NCBI GenBank assembly: GCA_950097015.1
Contig: CATNEN010000001.1
Location: 23,250,001 to 23,314,000, forward strand
From: Macrostomum hystrix
Taxonomy: Eukaryota > Animalia > Platyhelminthes
Length of the DNA: 64,000 nt
Direction: 5' to 3'
Shown piece by piece: positions 26,120 through 37,473 of the stretch. Numbering within the stretch: position 1 is the first letter of the stretch; every line of letters begins with the position of its first letter. A model generated the notes under the pieces. It saw only the letters and a list, made by a program, of their open reading frames with translations. It did not search any database and was not told where the DNA came from. The translations under genes were made by a program, and so were the position numbers.

Positions 26120-27331
26120 CAACTGGGGAACATTGTCAGCTGGGGAGTCATCATCAAATAGGGGATCATGGTATACTGTGGGATAATCGTCAACTGGGGA
26201 TCATGGTAAACTGGGGGATTATTGTCAACTGGAGGATCATTGTCAACTGGGGCATAATTGTCAACTGGAGGATCATTGTCAACTGGAGGATCATTGTCAA
26301 CTGGAGGATCATTGTCAACTGGAGGATCATTGTCAACTGGAGGATCATTGTCAACTGGGGAATCATCATCAAATAGGGGATCATGGTAAACTGGGGGATA
26401 ATCGTCAACTGGGGGATCATGGTAAACTGGGGGATCATTGTGAACTGGGGGATCATTGTCAACTGGGGGATCATTGTCAACTGGGTGATCATTATCAACT
26501 GGGGGATAATTGTCAACTGGGGGATCATTGTCAACTGGGGGATAATTGTCAACTGGGGGATCATTGTCAACTGGGGGATCAATTTGAACTGGGGGATCAT
26601 TGTCAACTGGGGATGATTGTCAACTGGGTGACATTATCAACTAGGGGAATCATTGTCAACTGGGGGATCATTGTCAACTGGGGGATCATTGTCAACTGGG
26701 TGATCATCATCAACTGGGGAATCATTGTCAACTGGGAGAAAATTGTCAACTGGGGATCTTCATCATTGGGGAGTCATCATCAACTGGGGGATCATTGTCA
26801 ACTGGGTGATCATCAATTGGGGGATCATTGTCAACTGGGTATCATTGTCAACTGGGGATCATTGTCAACTGGGGAATCATTGTCAACTGGGGGATCATTG
26901 TCAACTGGGGGATAATCGTCAACTGGGGGATCATTGTCAACTGGGGGATCAATTTGAACTGGGCGATCATTGTCAACTGGGGATGATTGTCAACTGGGTG
27001 ATCATTATCAACTAGGGGAATCATTGTCAACTGGGGATCATTGTCAACTGGGGGATCATTGTCAACTGGGGATCATTGTCAACTGGGGGATCAATTTGAA
27101 CTGGGGGATCATTGTCAACTGGGGATCATTGTCAACTGGGGGATCATTGTCAACTGGGGATCATTGTCAACTGGGGGATCATCATCAACTGGTGGATCAT
27201 TGTCAACTGGGGAAACATTGTCAACTGGGGATTTTTGTCAACTGGGGGAACAATGTCAACTGGGAATCATCATCAATGGGGAGTCATCATCAACTGGGGG
27301 GATCATTGTCAACTGGGGAATCAACTGGGGA
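26120..27331 (+). repeat. 18-bp minisatellite (GGGGGATCATTGTCAACT)n
   Basis: Directly visible tandem array; it accounts for the spurious repetitive ORFs here. Confidence 0.97.
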
Positions 27332-28049
27332 ACGAAATAGGTTTTCGTTTTTGTTTGCTTTCAGGTGTGTTTTGTCCTTCTGCATTGCACAATATTTTTT
27401 GTCTGACCAGTAGTGCTCCCCAAAGGGGGGCAAAACTTGCTAGTCTAATATACTAAAAATGAAAATCTTGCTTGGTTGGTTGCTTGCTTGTAATTGATTT
27501 ACTCCCGAACGGGTGAACCGATTTTCACCATTTCTTCACCAAAAGATGCCAAATATGGGGACAATTATACACGTATTTTTATTAAGCTTAACTTTATTGC
27601 TAAAGGGATTAAATATTCGAAAAACATGATTTTTTCAAAGGTCAAACCATCTTGGCCTATTGAGAATTTCACTGACAGCCACTGAAATTAGAATTGCGTC
27701 GTCAAATTGCGAAACAACCCCTATCTGATTGCATTTGAAGCCTGCACTCTGGAGACTAATTTGAAATAAATGTACACAACCAACCGCGAGACTGAGTGTA
27801 CTCTATTTTCTCACTTTGTTGTACAAAGCCAGAACTTTGAGAATTCATTTTATAAAGCTGATTTTTGCACCCACTAACCAACAGTCAAAATAGCCTATGT
27901 GTAGGCACTAGGAATATGTTAGGCTAGGCTAGGGTTCGATTCTGCACTGCGTCAAATCATTTAGACTAATTGTCAGTCAGTAGTGATTGAAGATTATTAT
28001 AATTTATTTTTTTCATTTCGTAAATGAAATATTATAAACCATAGAAAAT

Positions 28050-28546
28050 CTGAGTTTGAATCATTGCAAAAATAGAGTTTGAATCATGGCTAAATCAGAG
28101 TCTGAATCATGGCTAAACCAGAGTTTGAATCATGGCTAAACCAGAGTTTGAATCATGGCTAAATCAGAGTCTGAATCATGGCTAAACCAGAGTCTGAATC
28201 ATGGCTAAACCAGAGTTTGAATCATGGCTAAACCAGAGTTTGAATCATGGCTACACCAGCGTTTGAATCATGGCTAAACCAGAGTTTGAATCATGGCTAA
28301 ATCAGAGTCTGAATCATGGCTAAACCAGAGTCTGAATCATGGCTAAACCAGTTTGAATCATGGCTAAATCAGAGTCTGAATCATGGCTACACTAGCGTTT
28401 GAATCATGGCTAAACCAGAGTCTGAATCATGGCTAAAACCAGCGTTTGAATCATGGCTACACCAGAGTTTGAATCATGGATAAACCAGAGTCTGAATCAT
28501 GGCTACACCAGAGTTTGAATCATGGCTAAACCAGAGTTTGAATCAT
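28050..28546 (+). repeat. 21-bp minisatellite
   Basis: Same unit as 25369-26070. Confidence 0.95.
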
Positions 28547-30840
28547 TTGAATTAAATTGGAAGTTGGGTATGCCGGTTGTGCATGATTTGAATGGCACAT
28601 CAGACTCATTCATGAGAACTGCACTGTCCGAATTGTATGGCTGTTGCTGAGAGGATTAAATATGAGCAAATTAGTCAGTTTGATAGAACTGGCATCTTTT
28701 TGCAGCTGGCTCCAAGAACTGGGAAAGTGCATGCTATATGAATTCCACAACCTTTTACTGGGCTAACTATGGGTGTATAAGCGAATACTTCTGTAAAATG
28801 TGTGGAATAAGCGATGTGCTTTTGATGACCAATGTTTTAGGTGTCTAGCTGGGACACAGATTCCCTCATTAATCAAACAGTTGAATTCTTTGATGTCATT
28901 GCAGATAGCAGGCTGGCTGCATAGTAATGGGCCTCGAGAGAGAGATGTTTGAAATGGACATTTCGCTGCTATTTATTTATTTATTGCATACCCCAGTGAA
29001 TGCGCTCTGTGAAGCAGGGCAGAATAATTTTGCTGTGGACAGTAGGATTGACATAAAAGATCTAATGAATCATGCAATAATGCTGTTGCGCTTGCGAAAG
29101 ACACTGCCAAACCAGCAAACCCTTTTTAATAACAGAATTGATGCCTGCACTTTCTGATGAGATGGTGTTTTGTTTTAAAACTAAAATATGTTGTGTCTAT
29201 TGTTTATTTATTTCGCTATTTCAGCTCTGCGGGCCACGGCATGGCGAAGACATGATTGACCAATAACTGCATTATGATTGACTAATAACGGCATTATGGT
29301 TGTGCAATTTTGTTTGACTATGCTATGCTTTGTGAAATATTTACTATGATTAATGATAACAGCCTTACCTAACAGCCTTATGTAAATAAATTGTGAAAAA
29401 GAGGCACATGTTTCAGTAAAGCCAATACCGTAAAAAATTCTGACGTGTGAATATTTCAACTGACAGTAGAGTAACAGACATCAGGATGTAAATGTGTTAT
29501 TATAATAAGTCCACACAGTGGAGAGTGTAGACATATAAGTTTCTTTTATGTATTCATCTGCGTGTTTATCAATCTGTCTAACAGTCTAGCAGCCTGTCAA
29601 TGTATCTTTCAACTAACTGTCATACAAATCTGTCATACTGTCATGCAGATCTGTCATCTGTCATACAAACTGATTTAGACACAGCTGCGAAGCTGATTTA
29701 GGCACAGCTGATTTAGGCATAGCTGCGAAACTTATTTGAATCAAACTGGTTGAATCAGCCATTGATATTAGCTATTACACATTGCAAACTATCAAGATGT
29801 GATCTGATTTGAAATGTACTCGTATTCAAAAAGGGATTTGATTTAAGGTGGGATTTGACAATGCGAATGAGGCATGTGAGAAAAGAGAAGTTTGCTGAGG
29901 AGTGACTCGAAAGGAGAAGGGGAAATAATGTGAAAATTGAGCAATGAAACTATAGAATATAAAATCAAAGGAGAAAAGGCAGAACTGAGCTTCTGAGATT
30001 GGATTTAAACTGGAACAGCATAGGACAACAATTTATTGCCGTAGATATTGTTTGATATATCTACAAGCAGAATGGGATCTGATTGAAAATGGGATCTGAT
30101 TGAAAATAGGATATGATTCAAATTGGAATTTGATGAAAATGAGTACCTCTGAGTTCTGCAAATGTATGAAATTTCAGATCAGCAGATCTGTAAGTCTTTA
30201 AGACTGATTATCGCTAGCTGACAAACTGACAGTTTGTGACAATACCGAGTATCCTCAATTCTTGAAATTCGCCTTCTCTGTTCTATGCAGTGTATTTTAA
30301 ATGGCATGAAAGTTTGCAACGAAATGGTTGCCCTGGCATGAATCAATTTTCCCTTCCTGTACTTTTATTGTAATACTTCTCAGTTCAACAAATAACCACT
30401 GTGGGATCTGCAAATAGTGGACTATTTTCACCCTGAGATTAGCCAATATCTCCCAGTTCAGCAAGTAATCGTCAGTTCTTGACACGCACCTTCTCTGTTC
30501 TATGCAGTGTATTTTAAATCGCATGAAAGTTTGCAACGAAATGGTTCCCCTGGCATGAATCGATTTTCCCTTCCTGTACTTTGATTATAATACTGTGTTA
30601 ATCCAAGCGAAAAAATGAGTCTCTAGTAATCGTAAATGTAAGCAAATAATCAAATTATAATCAGTTTATTTTTCAAGGCAGTTTCATTCTTATTTCAGCG
30701 CTAAAGTTTGCGTTGAACCGCTAAAGTTCGCATCGCACTTTCATTTGGTGCTGTTGCTGCCGTTGTTGCTGCTGCTACTTTCTTTCTTTCTTTCGTTTCC
30801 AGGGCGCGCCCGATCCGGAGTACCGATAAGGGCGGGGGCG

Positions 30841-33800
30841 CTAGAGGCGCCCCATACTGCGCAGGAGCTCGACGACCGCGGCCGGGTTCTCCATCAAGTT
30901 CTCGGCCGGGATTCCGCGTAGGGCTCGGTGGCGGTCGCCTCTTGGACAGTGGAGGACGACGTGGTCGACACTGTCCACCTCGCCGCAATCGGGACACAGC
31001 GGGGACGCGTCGACACCGAGACGGTAGCGGGTCTTTCTATCGACCATGCTGGCGCCCGCGCGAAGTTGGTTGACCAGGACCTGTTGCTTCCGCGGCAGAC
31101 CCTGGGGCGGGCTCCAGAAAGGGCCGACTGCTATGATATCCAGGGCGCGCCGGCAGCGTCGGGTGGCTGCTCTGGCGGCGTCCAACTGGATCGGGACCTG
31201 ACTTTGGTCTAGTTTTGCCGCCCTGGCCGCCGCCTGATCGGCGGCCTCGTTGCCGGTAATACCGCAGTGGGCCGGAACCCAGCAGAAGCCAATCTTGGTG
31301 CCTAGCTCGATCAGGTCCAGAATGAGCTGCCAGCAGTCGGCTGCTACTGAGTCCCTCTGCCTAAGTGGCCCGGCGCTCAGGGTCGTGATGGCGCTCAGGC
31401 TGTCGGTGGCGATGGTGATGTCCGGGGGTCTGTCTGCCGCGGTGTTGCAGAGGCGGAGGCCCTCTCGGATAGCGGTGAGTTCGGCCGTGAAGCTGCTGCA
31501 TAGGGCGCCCGCCGCAGACATGCGGGCTGCCTCTGGTGGAAGCCATTGTGCGACTGCTGCTCCCCCGCCGTTTCTGCAACCGTCCTGTACCGAGCCGTCG
31601 GTCCAGATGACGTGCTCCGTGAGACGGGACACGGTTGGTTCGGCGAGGGCGGCGCGAAGTTCTGCTGGCATTTGTCGGGTTGCTTCTTTGGCGGCCGATG
31701 TGTCGAAGCGGACTTCTAGGCTTCTGCTGATGGTCCACGGTGCTGGGCCGATTGCCGTTGGTGCTCTTGGGTGGGCCTCAAGCGTGGTGCTGCATTCCAG
31801 CTCTTGCGCGATGCGGCGCCAGTAGGCGCGGTACGGGCGGTTGGCATCCGAGAGCGCGTCCGGGATGCGTTCCCCGCGCTGGCCGTCGTTGGCCCGGTTC
31901 TTCATTGCGGCTTCGTAGGTCCGGTTTTTGAGTCTTGGTCGCTCGTTCGCGGTTGCTGCTTGGTGCGCTGGGATGTCGGCCGGTAGTCTGGCCATCCTCT
32001 CGCGGAGGTTGCTAGCTCTTTCCGCGGCGATGTGGTGGAGGGGCGGCAGGTTGGCGACGGCCAGCAGTTTGTCCGTCCGATAGGGCATCACGCAGCCGGT
32101 GATTAGGCGTGCACACGCGTTCTGCTGCCTCTCCACAAGTGCCCGGTTGCTTGGTGCTGCGCTCGTTAACCAAATGGCACTGCCGTAGTCCGCAATGGAG
32201 CGGCAGGTTGCGATGTAGGCTGCGCGCAGTGTTTTCTGGTCGGCGCCTGTTTGTCTGTCTGCGAGCATCTGGATCGGTCGGCGTCTAGCTGCCATTTTCC
32301 GTCTGACATCCTTGGCATGCTCTCCGAAACCGAGGTGGTCGTCGAATTTGACCCCTAGGAAGGTCGGGTTCGCCTCGAACCGCAGTGGGTCTCCGTTGAT
32401 GTTGAGGTCGAGTCTTATCTTGCCTCTGTTTTCGGCCGGGGATAAAGTGAAGGTGCTGTAACTGCACTTCGCGGTGCTGAGCTCGACTTTCCATCTCTTA
32501 CACCACCCGGCGATGGCGTCCAGAGCCGGTTGCAGGATGTTCTTGCATTCTTGAAGTTTTTCCTTGGTAGCGAGTATCGCGCTGTCGTCGGCGTAAAGGC
32601 TCACACTCGTGTCCGGTGAAGCGGCGTGGATGGTGTCTGGTAGGTCATTGATGTAAACCAGCCATAGCAGCGGGGCCAGGACGCTGCCTTGTGGGAGCCC
32701 CTCGCGGAAGGTGCGTTCCTTACTGTTGCTGGTGCCTACTCGGACCTTGGCCCTTCTATCCGCCAGAAAGCTGTTGATCCACCTGAGGACACAGGGTGGG
32801 GTGCCGACCTCTTTAAGTTTCAGGAGGAGGGCTCTCTTCCAGACCCTGTCGTAAGCGCGGGAGAAGTCCAGGAGACCAAGGACAGATCGCATCGCTGGGG
32901 ATCTTTCGAAGCCATCGAAGATTTGTTGTGAGATGCGGGCGATCTGCTCCTCGCATGATCTGCCCTTCCGGAACCCGGCTTGCACTCCACTGATCTTGCC
33001 GTTGGACTCCAAGAAGTAGCTGAGACGGTGGTAGACCAGTCGTTCCGCGACCTTAGCGATACAGCTGGTGAGGGCGACCGGTCTGTAACTGCCGAGTTCC
33101 TCCGCTGGCTTGCCGCGCTTCGGGATAGGAATTATTGTGGCGCGCCGCCATTGGTGCGGGCATTTTCCGGTCAGCCACGACTTGTTCACCAGATCGAGCA
33201 GTCTCTTCTCCGTGGGGCTTGCGAGGTGCTTCAGCATCTCGTTCGTAACCTGATCGTCGCCGGGGCTCTTGCCGGACTTAAGCCCGGTCAGGACGTTCTT
33301 TAGCTCCGCTGCAGAGAAGGCTGAGCAAAGCCCCTTACGATCGTTGTTGTTTCAGCAGGGTGCTTGCATAGCTCTATAGGCCTGGTGGTTGATGGAGCGG
33401 TCGTCGTGGTCCCGTGGGATCCGTGAGATGCTGGCGTAGAGACTACAGAACGCTTCTGCCTTTTCTCTATCGTTGGTGGCGGTTCTGGGCGAGCCGCCAC
33501 GGGTCGGGTCGGCCGGGATCTTGAGCGCCGCGTTCGGTGGGGGTGGTGCTGGGTCGCCGCGCAGAGACCGCATGATAGCGAAGAGGTCAGAGTTGATGTT
33601 CAGCGACGCTGTCTTTTCTTTCCAGAAAGCGGCTTTCTCTCTCTGGATCGTGTTGCGGACGTTCTCGCGGGTCGCTTGGTACGCTTCTAGGTCGCTTTTT
33701 TCCCTGCTTGTTTCTGCTTGTTTGCGGGCTTGCGCGTTCTCCTTGCAGGCCTTGTCGCAGGCTTCTGTCCAGAAGGGCTTACCGGGGGTGCTGCGGGCTC

Positions 33801-35373
33801 CTCTGGGGATGCACTCCAGGGCTGCAGTCAGGATGTTGTCGCTGAGCCTTTGGTGATCGAAGTCCACGCTGGAACCTGACTCGGGTTTGCTCGGCCTGAG
33901 CTTAGCCTCTCGGTTGTCGAGCGATTGTTTGTACGCCTTCCAGTCGGCTTTCTTGAAACACCAGCGCGTCTGGCGATTCCGTTTTCCACTGGCAGATGTC
34001 TTAGTCAGCTCGTAGAGTAGGGGCAGGTGGTCGCTGCCGATACACTCGGTTGTCCGCCAGCTAGGACGGCAGACTGCGGTGAGGTTAGGTGAGCACCAAG
34101 TTAGATCCGGACTGGACTTGCCTCCTGTGGCCGGGTTTGTCCTCGTGTGGGCGGACGGGAGGTTGCAGAGGTGTAGGCTGCGTCGGAGCGCCCACTGTTC
34201 GATGCAATCTCCTCTGTCGTCGTCCGGTTGGTGCTCGTCCCAGCTACCGTGGCCGTTGAAGTCGCCGCCGATGACACCGCGCGTGGTGACCGGGATGAGG
34301 TCCCAGTCGGGCTCCCAGTTGTCTTGTTGCCGCTGGTCGCTGTTTGGTGGTGCGTACACGGAGGTGATGTTAAACTTGCCTTTGCCCTTTGGAATGATGG
34401 TGACTGTGGCCCAGTCCATCGGCCCATCGCTGCTTGTTCGTTGATCCATGAATGGGATGTCGTTGCGCACCAGTATTAGCACGCCTCCGCGGCCCGGGGG
34501 CGCTGTGTTTTTTCTTGATTTTTTAGTGTTTTGTCCCCTAGTAGCTCTGTTGCCGGTTGCGAGTTCGATCTGCGGTGGTGGCAGTGCGTTGGCTGTTCTG
34601 GTGGCTTCCGATTCGGTGTCCGGGCCCTTGTCCGTGGATGCTGCCGGGGCCGTTTGCTGATTGTGGTTGTCCTTGTCCCCTTCGCGTTCCGGCCATGGCT
34701 GGTCCCGGTTGATGCAGGCCTGTCTGCCGCTGCGACAACCCTGGCACCAGGTCGTCCTGTCGTTTGGCCAGCGTAGCCGGCATCGCGGTCTGGCGGTGGC
34801 GCGCCGGCGGGGGGGGCCGTTTGGAGCTGCTTGCGTCATCTGGGTGTTCTGGAGTCGTGGGCTTCCGCCGTCCTGGCGGTCGTCGTCAGTAGTGGTGGCG
34901 GTGACCTCCGGGGTATGTTCTGGTTTTGGTGCGCCATCCTTGCGGGCCGCGACGCTGTAGCCGTGGGGCGGGATGAAGTTGGCTCCTTGACGCAATTTCG
35001 TCTCCTGGACGAGGGCAGCGCAAGGTTGGGTTTGTCTGAGCCTCTCGGCCAGCTCCGTGCGGCGGGCCTGCAGCCCATTACAGTTAAGCTGCAGGACCAG
35101 GAGCTCTGGGCCGGGTCTCTTAACCCTTCTGTGCTGTCTTCTCGGGCGGCTGTTCGTTTTCGGTTCACCAGCCGTGGCGTCTCCGCCCCTGAGACGCATC
35201 ACAAGATTCAGCTCCTCGGACGCGTCCTGATCGGTGGTTTCGTTGGGTCGATCTCCTCGTCTTGCGCAGTATCCCTGAAGGGTGTGACATTTCGTCGGCA
35301 ACGGTGGTGTGCCGTCCAGGGGCCCCTCGTGGAGGGAGTCACTTGCCGCGTGGGTATGATGGTACTCACGCAC
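30841..35373 (-). CDS. APE-RT-RNase H polyprotein with one in-frame stop at 33352-33354
   Basis: Contains QLNCNG, VQETKL, GGDFNGH and GSDHLP (APE); LLDFSRAYD, GLPQGSVLAP and YADD (RT); WTDGS, TDSLSA and WVPAHCGITGNEAAD (RNase H); and CPDC...HVVLHC. The two listed ORFs share a frame. Confidence 0.93.
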
Positions 35374-35390
35374 CGGGTCGGCCCGGTCCC
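35284..35390 (-). ncRNA. Probable HDV-like ribozyme at the LINE 5' end
   Basis: Reads GGGACC...GTGACT CCC TCCACGA GG GGCCCCT GG ACGGCA..TGCCGA C GAAAT GTCAC, which fits the P1/P2/P3/P1.1/P4 topology. P1 is imperfect. Confidence 0.65.
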
Positions 35391-35402
35391 GCTGCTGCTA
35401 CT

Positions 35403-35824
35403 GCTGGAGCTGCTGCTCCGCTCCTGCTCCTGCTACTGCTGCTGCTGCTGCTTCCGCTCCTGCAGCAGGCGTAAATTTCGCAGCTTTTCATTTAGCCTTT
35501 GTTCTTGTTGCTGTTGTTGTTCCTGCTGCTGCCGGTGCTCGGCGACGGCGGGGCAGCGTGCTATGCGGTGAGGCCCACCGCAGAGGTAACACGAGACTGT
35601 ATGAATTGAGTGTTAAGAATGTTGCAATGAGTGTTAGAATTGTACCAAGTTTATTGTCTAACTGAATGCCTGACGGAAGGACTTAGTGAAAATAAATGAC
35701 CAAGTAAGGCAGATGTATAGAATTATAGGCAGACACAATGTTACTTACTGGGTCCTCTGCGGTGGCCTCCCCGACCGCGACGTCCGCCGCCGCCGCCGGC
35801 ATAGTAGTCGTGGTTGATTTTCAT
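35403..35824 (-). CDS. Small spliced RGG + CCHC zinc-knuckle + poly-Q gene (intron 35597-35748); the Ingi-like LINE is inserted at its 3' side
   Basis: Splicing GTAAGT...ATACAG gives MKINHDYYAGGGGGRRGRGGHRRGP|ISCYLCGGPHRIARC...QQQ. A TAG follows near 35434. Confidence 0.65.
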
Positions 35825-36427
35825 GGTTGTGGGCCATTCAGTGTTGTACGTCATATAAATATACTCCACCGTAAGGGCTGGATTTCAACCAGTGCTCAAA
35901 ACCCTGCAGATTAGCTTGGTCCATTCTGATTGGCTTAGAGCTTTTAGGCAGTCCAAAGTTGTCTCAGCCAGTTTGCGTCTAGAAGTTTTTTGTATCGTCT
36001 AGACGTTACGTTGTAGTTGAGGTAGGACAGCTTAATGCTGTGTGATTTGAGATTGGTGTATACAGTGGGTGGTGTTCTGCCATTTTGACTGGCTTAGCTT
36101 TATCAGCTCATTAGGGTTTGGAATTGTACCATGGTTAATATCAAAGCTGTTTCTGATTGGTCAGCAGCTTTTGGGCCCACTCCTCACTTATGTTATTGGG
36201 GTGGTGGATTTGAGGGGTCTGGAAGCCAGAGGAGGTTGCCACACCCAATTGAAAGTGGCGTGAGTCATCGCACTTTTAAGTGCACGGTGGGTTGTTATTT
36301 TGAAATGAATATAGAGATAATATAAGCGACAGCGACTTTTATATCAAACTAAACGGCCCTATCTAAGTGCAAAATTTTTGTTCTGTCATTTTCTAGACTT
36401 TTCTGTTTACTTAATAGCAAACAAACG

Positions 36428-37473
36428 ATGGAGTCGCCTGCCGGACAAGCCAAGAAGAGCAAAATGTGCGTATCTGCTCTGCTTCCGGGCCTGATGGAGG
36501 TTGCTGTCGTCGGCCTGGTGACGATGCTGACGACCATCAAGGACTTTGTCGGCAAGGACGGACCGGGCCAAGTTTTCTCCTTCGTCTTAAGTGATGACAC
36601 GGGGGACATTCGAGTGAGCGTGTTTGGCACAGATCTGAGGCCACTTCTGGACGTCTGCCAAGCCGACGAGGCCGTGCGCATAACCGGAGGTTGGGTGAAG
36701 AAGGCAAATTCGGCGTACAACCGTACGGGTAACCAATACGAGATGACCGTATCTGTTGACAAATCTGGTGTTATTGTGAAGACAAACGAGACGGTTTCTC
36801 GACGTGCAGCTATGTACAGGAAAATTAATGAGATTTCCGGAAGCCAGATTAACACGTGAGTAATATTGTTGACAGGTTATTATAGTCGTTTTACTCTGGG
36901 ATCTTTGTGGCTTATTAGACTGCAGTTTATAGATACTACAAGCTTGGCAGCCTTCGTGCAGTCGCTTTTAGTCATTTGTTTTCCATTTCCATACAACGCA
37001 GGAATGTCGACGTTCGTGGAACAATCTCTGCAGTCGAGAAACCGCGGGAAGTGAAAACCGGTGCCGGAAAGCTGGTCAACCTAGCGAAAGTGACGCTCGT
37101 GGATCAGTCTGGGTGCCAAGTATCGTGTACCTTCTGGGCTACCTCTGCCACTAAGGTGACTAACTGGTCCGTGGGCGACGTTCTGGCCATTCGAGGTGCG
37201 CAAGTCCAGGAGTTCGCCGAAGCGGTTAGTCTCGGTTGTTCCAAAGCGGAAGTGCAGCATTGGCCAGAAGACTCTGCCGAAGTCTGATGCTTCCGACTGG
37301 TACAGACAGGCTGTGACTAGCCAACAGTGCTTCGAGGCGGTGCGCATCACCCAAAGTGTTCGACAGGAGAACAAGGCGTCACGAGATGACGAAATGGTGA
37401 TGCAATACCTGAGCGAATGTATAGCCAATTCAACGGTGTACAACGAATCCGACTGCGTTTCGGAGACAAGGAG
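36428..37473 (+). CDS. RPA70-like tandem OB-fold ssDNA-binding protein, spliced (intron about 36857-37001; probable further exon near 37682)
   Basis: Contains GQVFSFVLSDDTGDIRVSVFG (DBD-A-like) and VDVRGTISAV...VTLVDQSGCQVSCTFW...VLAIRGAQVQEF (DBD-B-like). GTGAGT donors lie at 36856 and 37474. A TGA near 37285 may be disabling. Confidence 0.8.

Larger units (their letters stand above)
24281..27443 (+). mobile_element. Non-autonomous Helitron 1
   Basis: Starts A|TCCTATATACTAAAAATG and ends with the hairpin GCTCCCCAAAGGGGGGC followed by CTAG. It has an internal duplication of about 450 bp (24387-24838 / 24870-25318). Confidence 0.8.
30780..35390 (-). mobile_element. Full-length Ingi-like single-ORF LINE with a 12-bp TSD
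   Basis: The TSD GCTGCTGCTACT occurs at 30768-30779 and 35391-35402. The element has a (GAAA)n tail and a 5' ribozyme-like fold. Confidence 0.88.

Noticed and set aside
25369-27331. CRISPR-like array or repeat proteins
   Set aside because: These are contiguous tandem units without unique spacers in a eukaryotic context, and the ORFs are artefacts of the 18-bp periodicity.
35212-35373. Full ubiquitin-like domain upstream of RLRGG
   Set aside because: Most of this stretch is the ribozyme fold; only the tail motif resembles ubiquitin.
35403-35824. Intron-containing ORF1 of the Ingi-like LINE
   Set aside because: The 12-bp TSD places the LINE 5' end at 35390, so this gene is the insertion target rather than part of the element.
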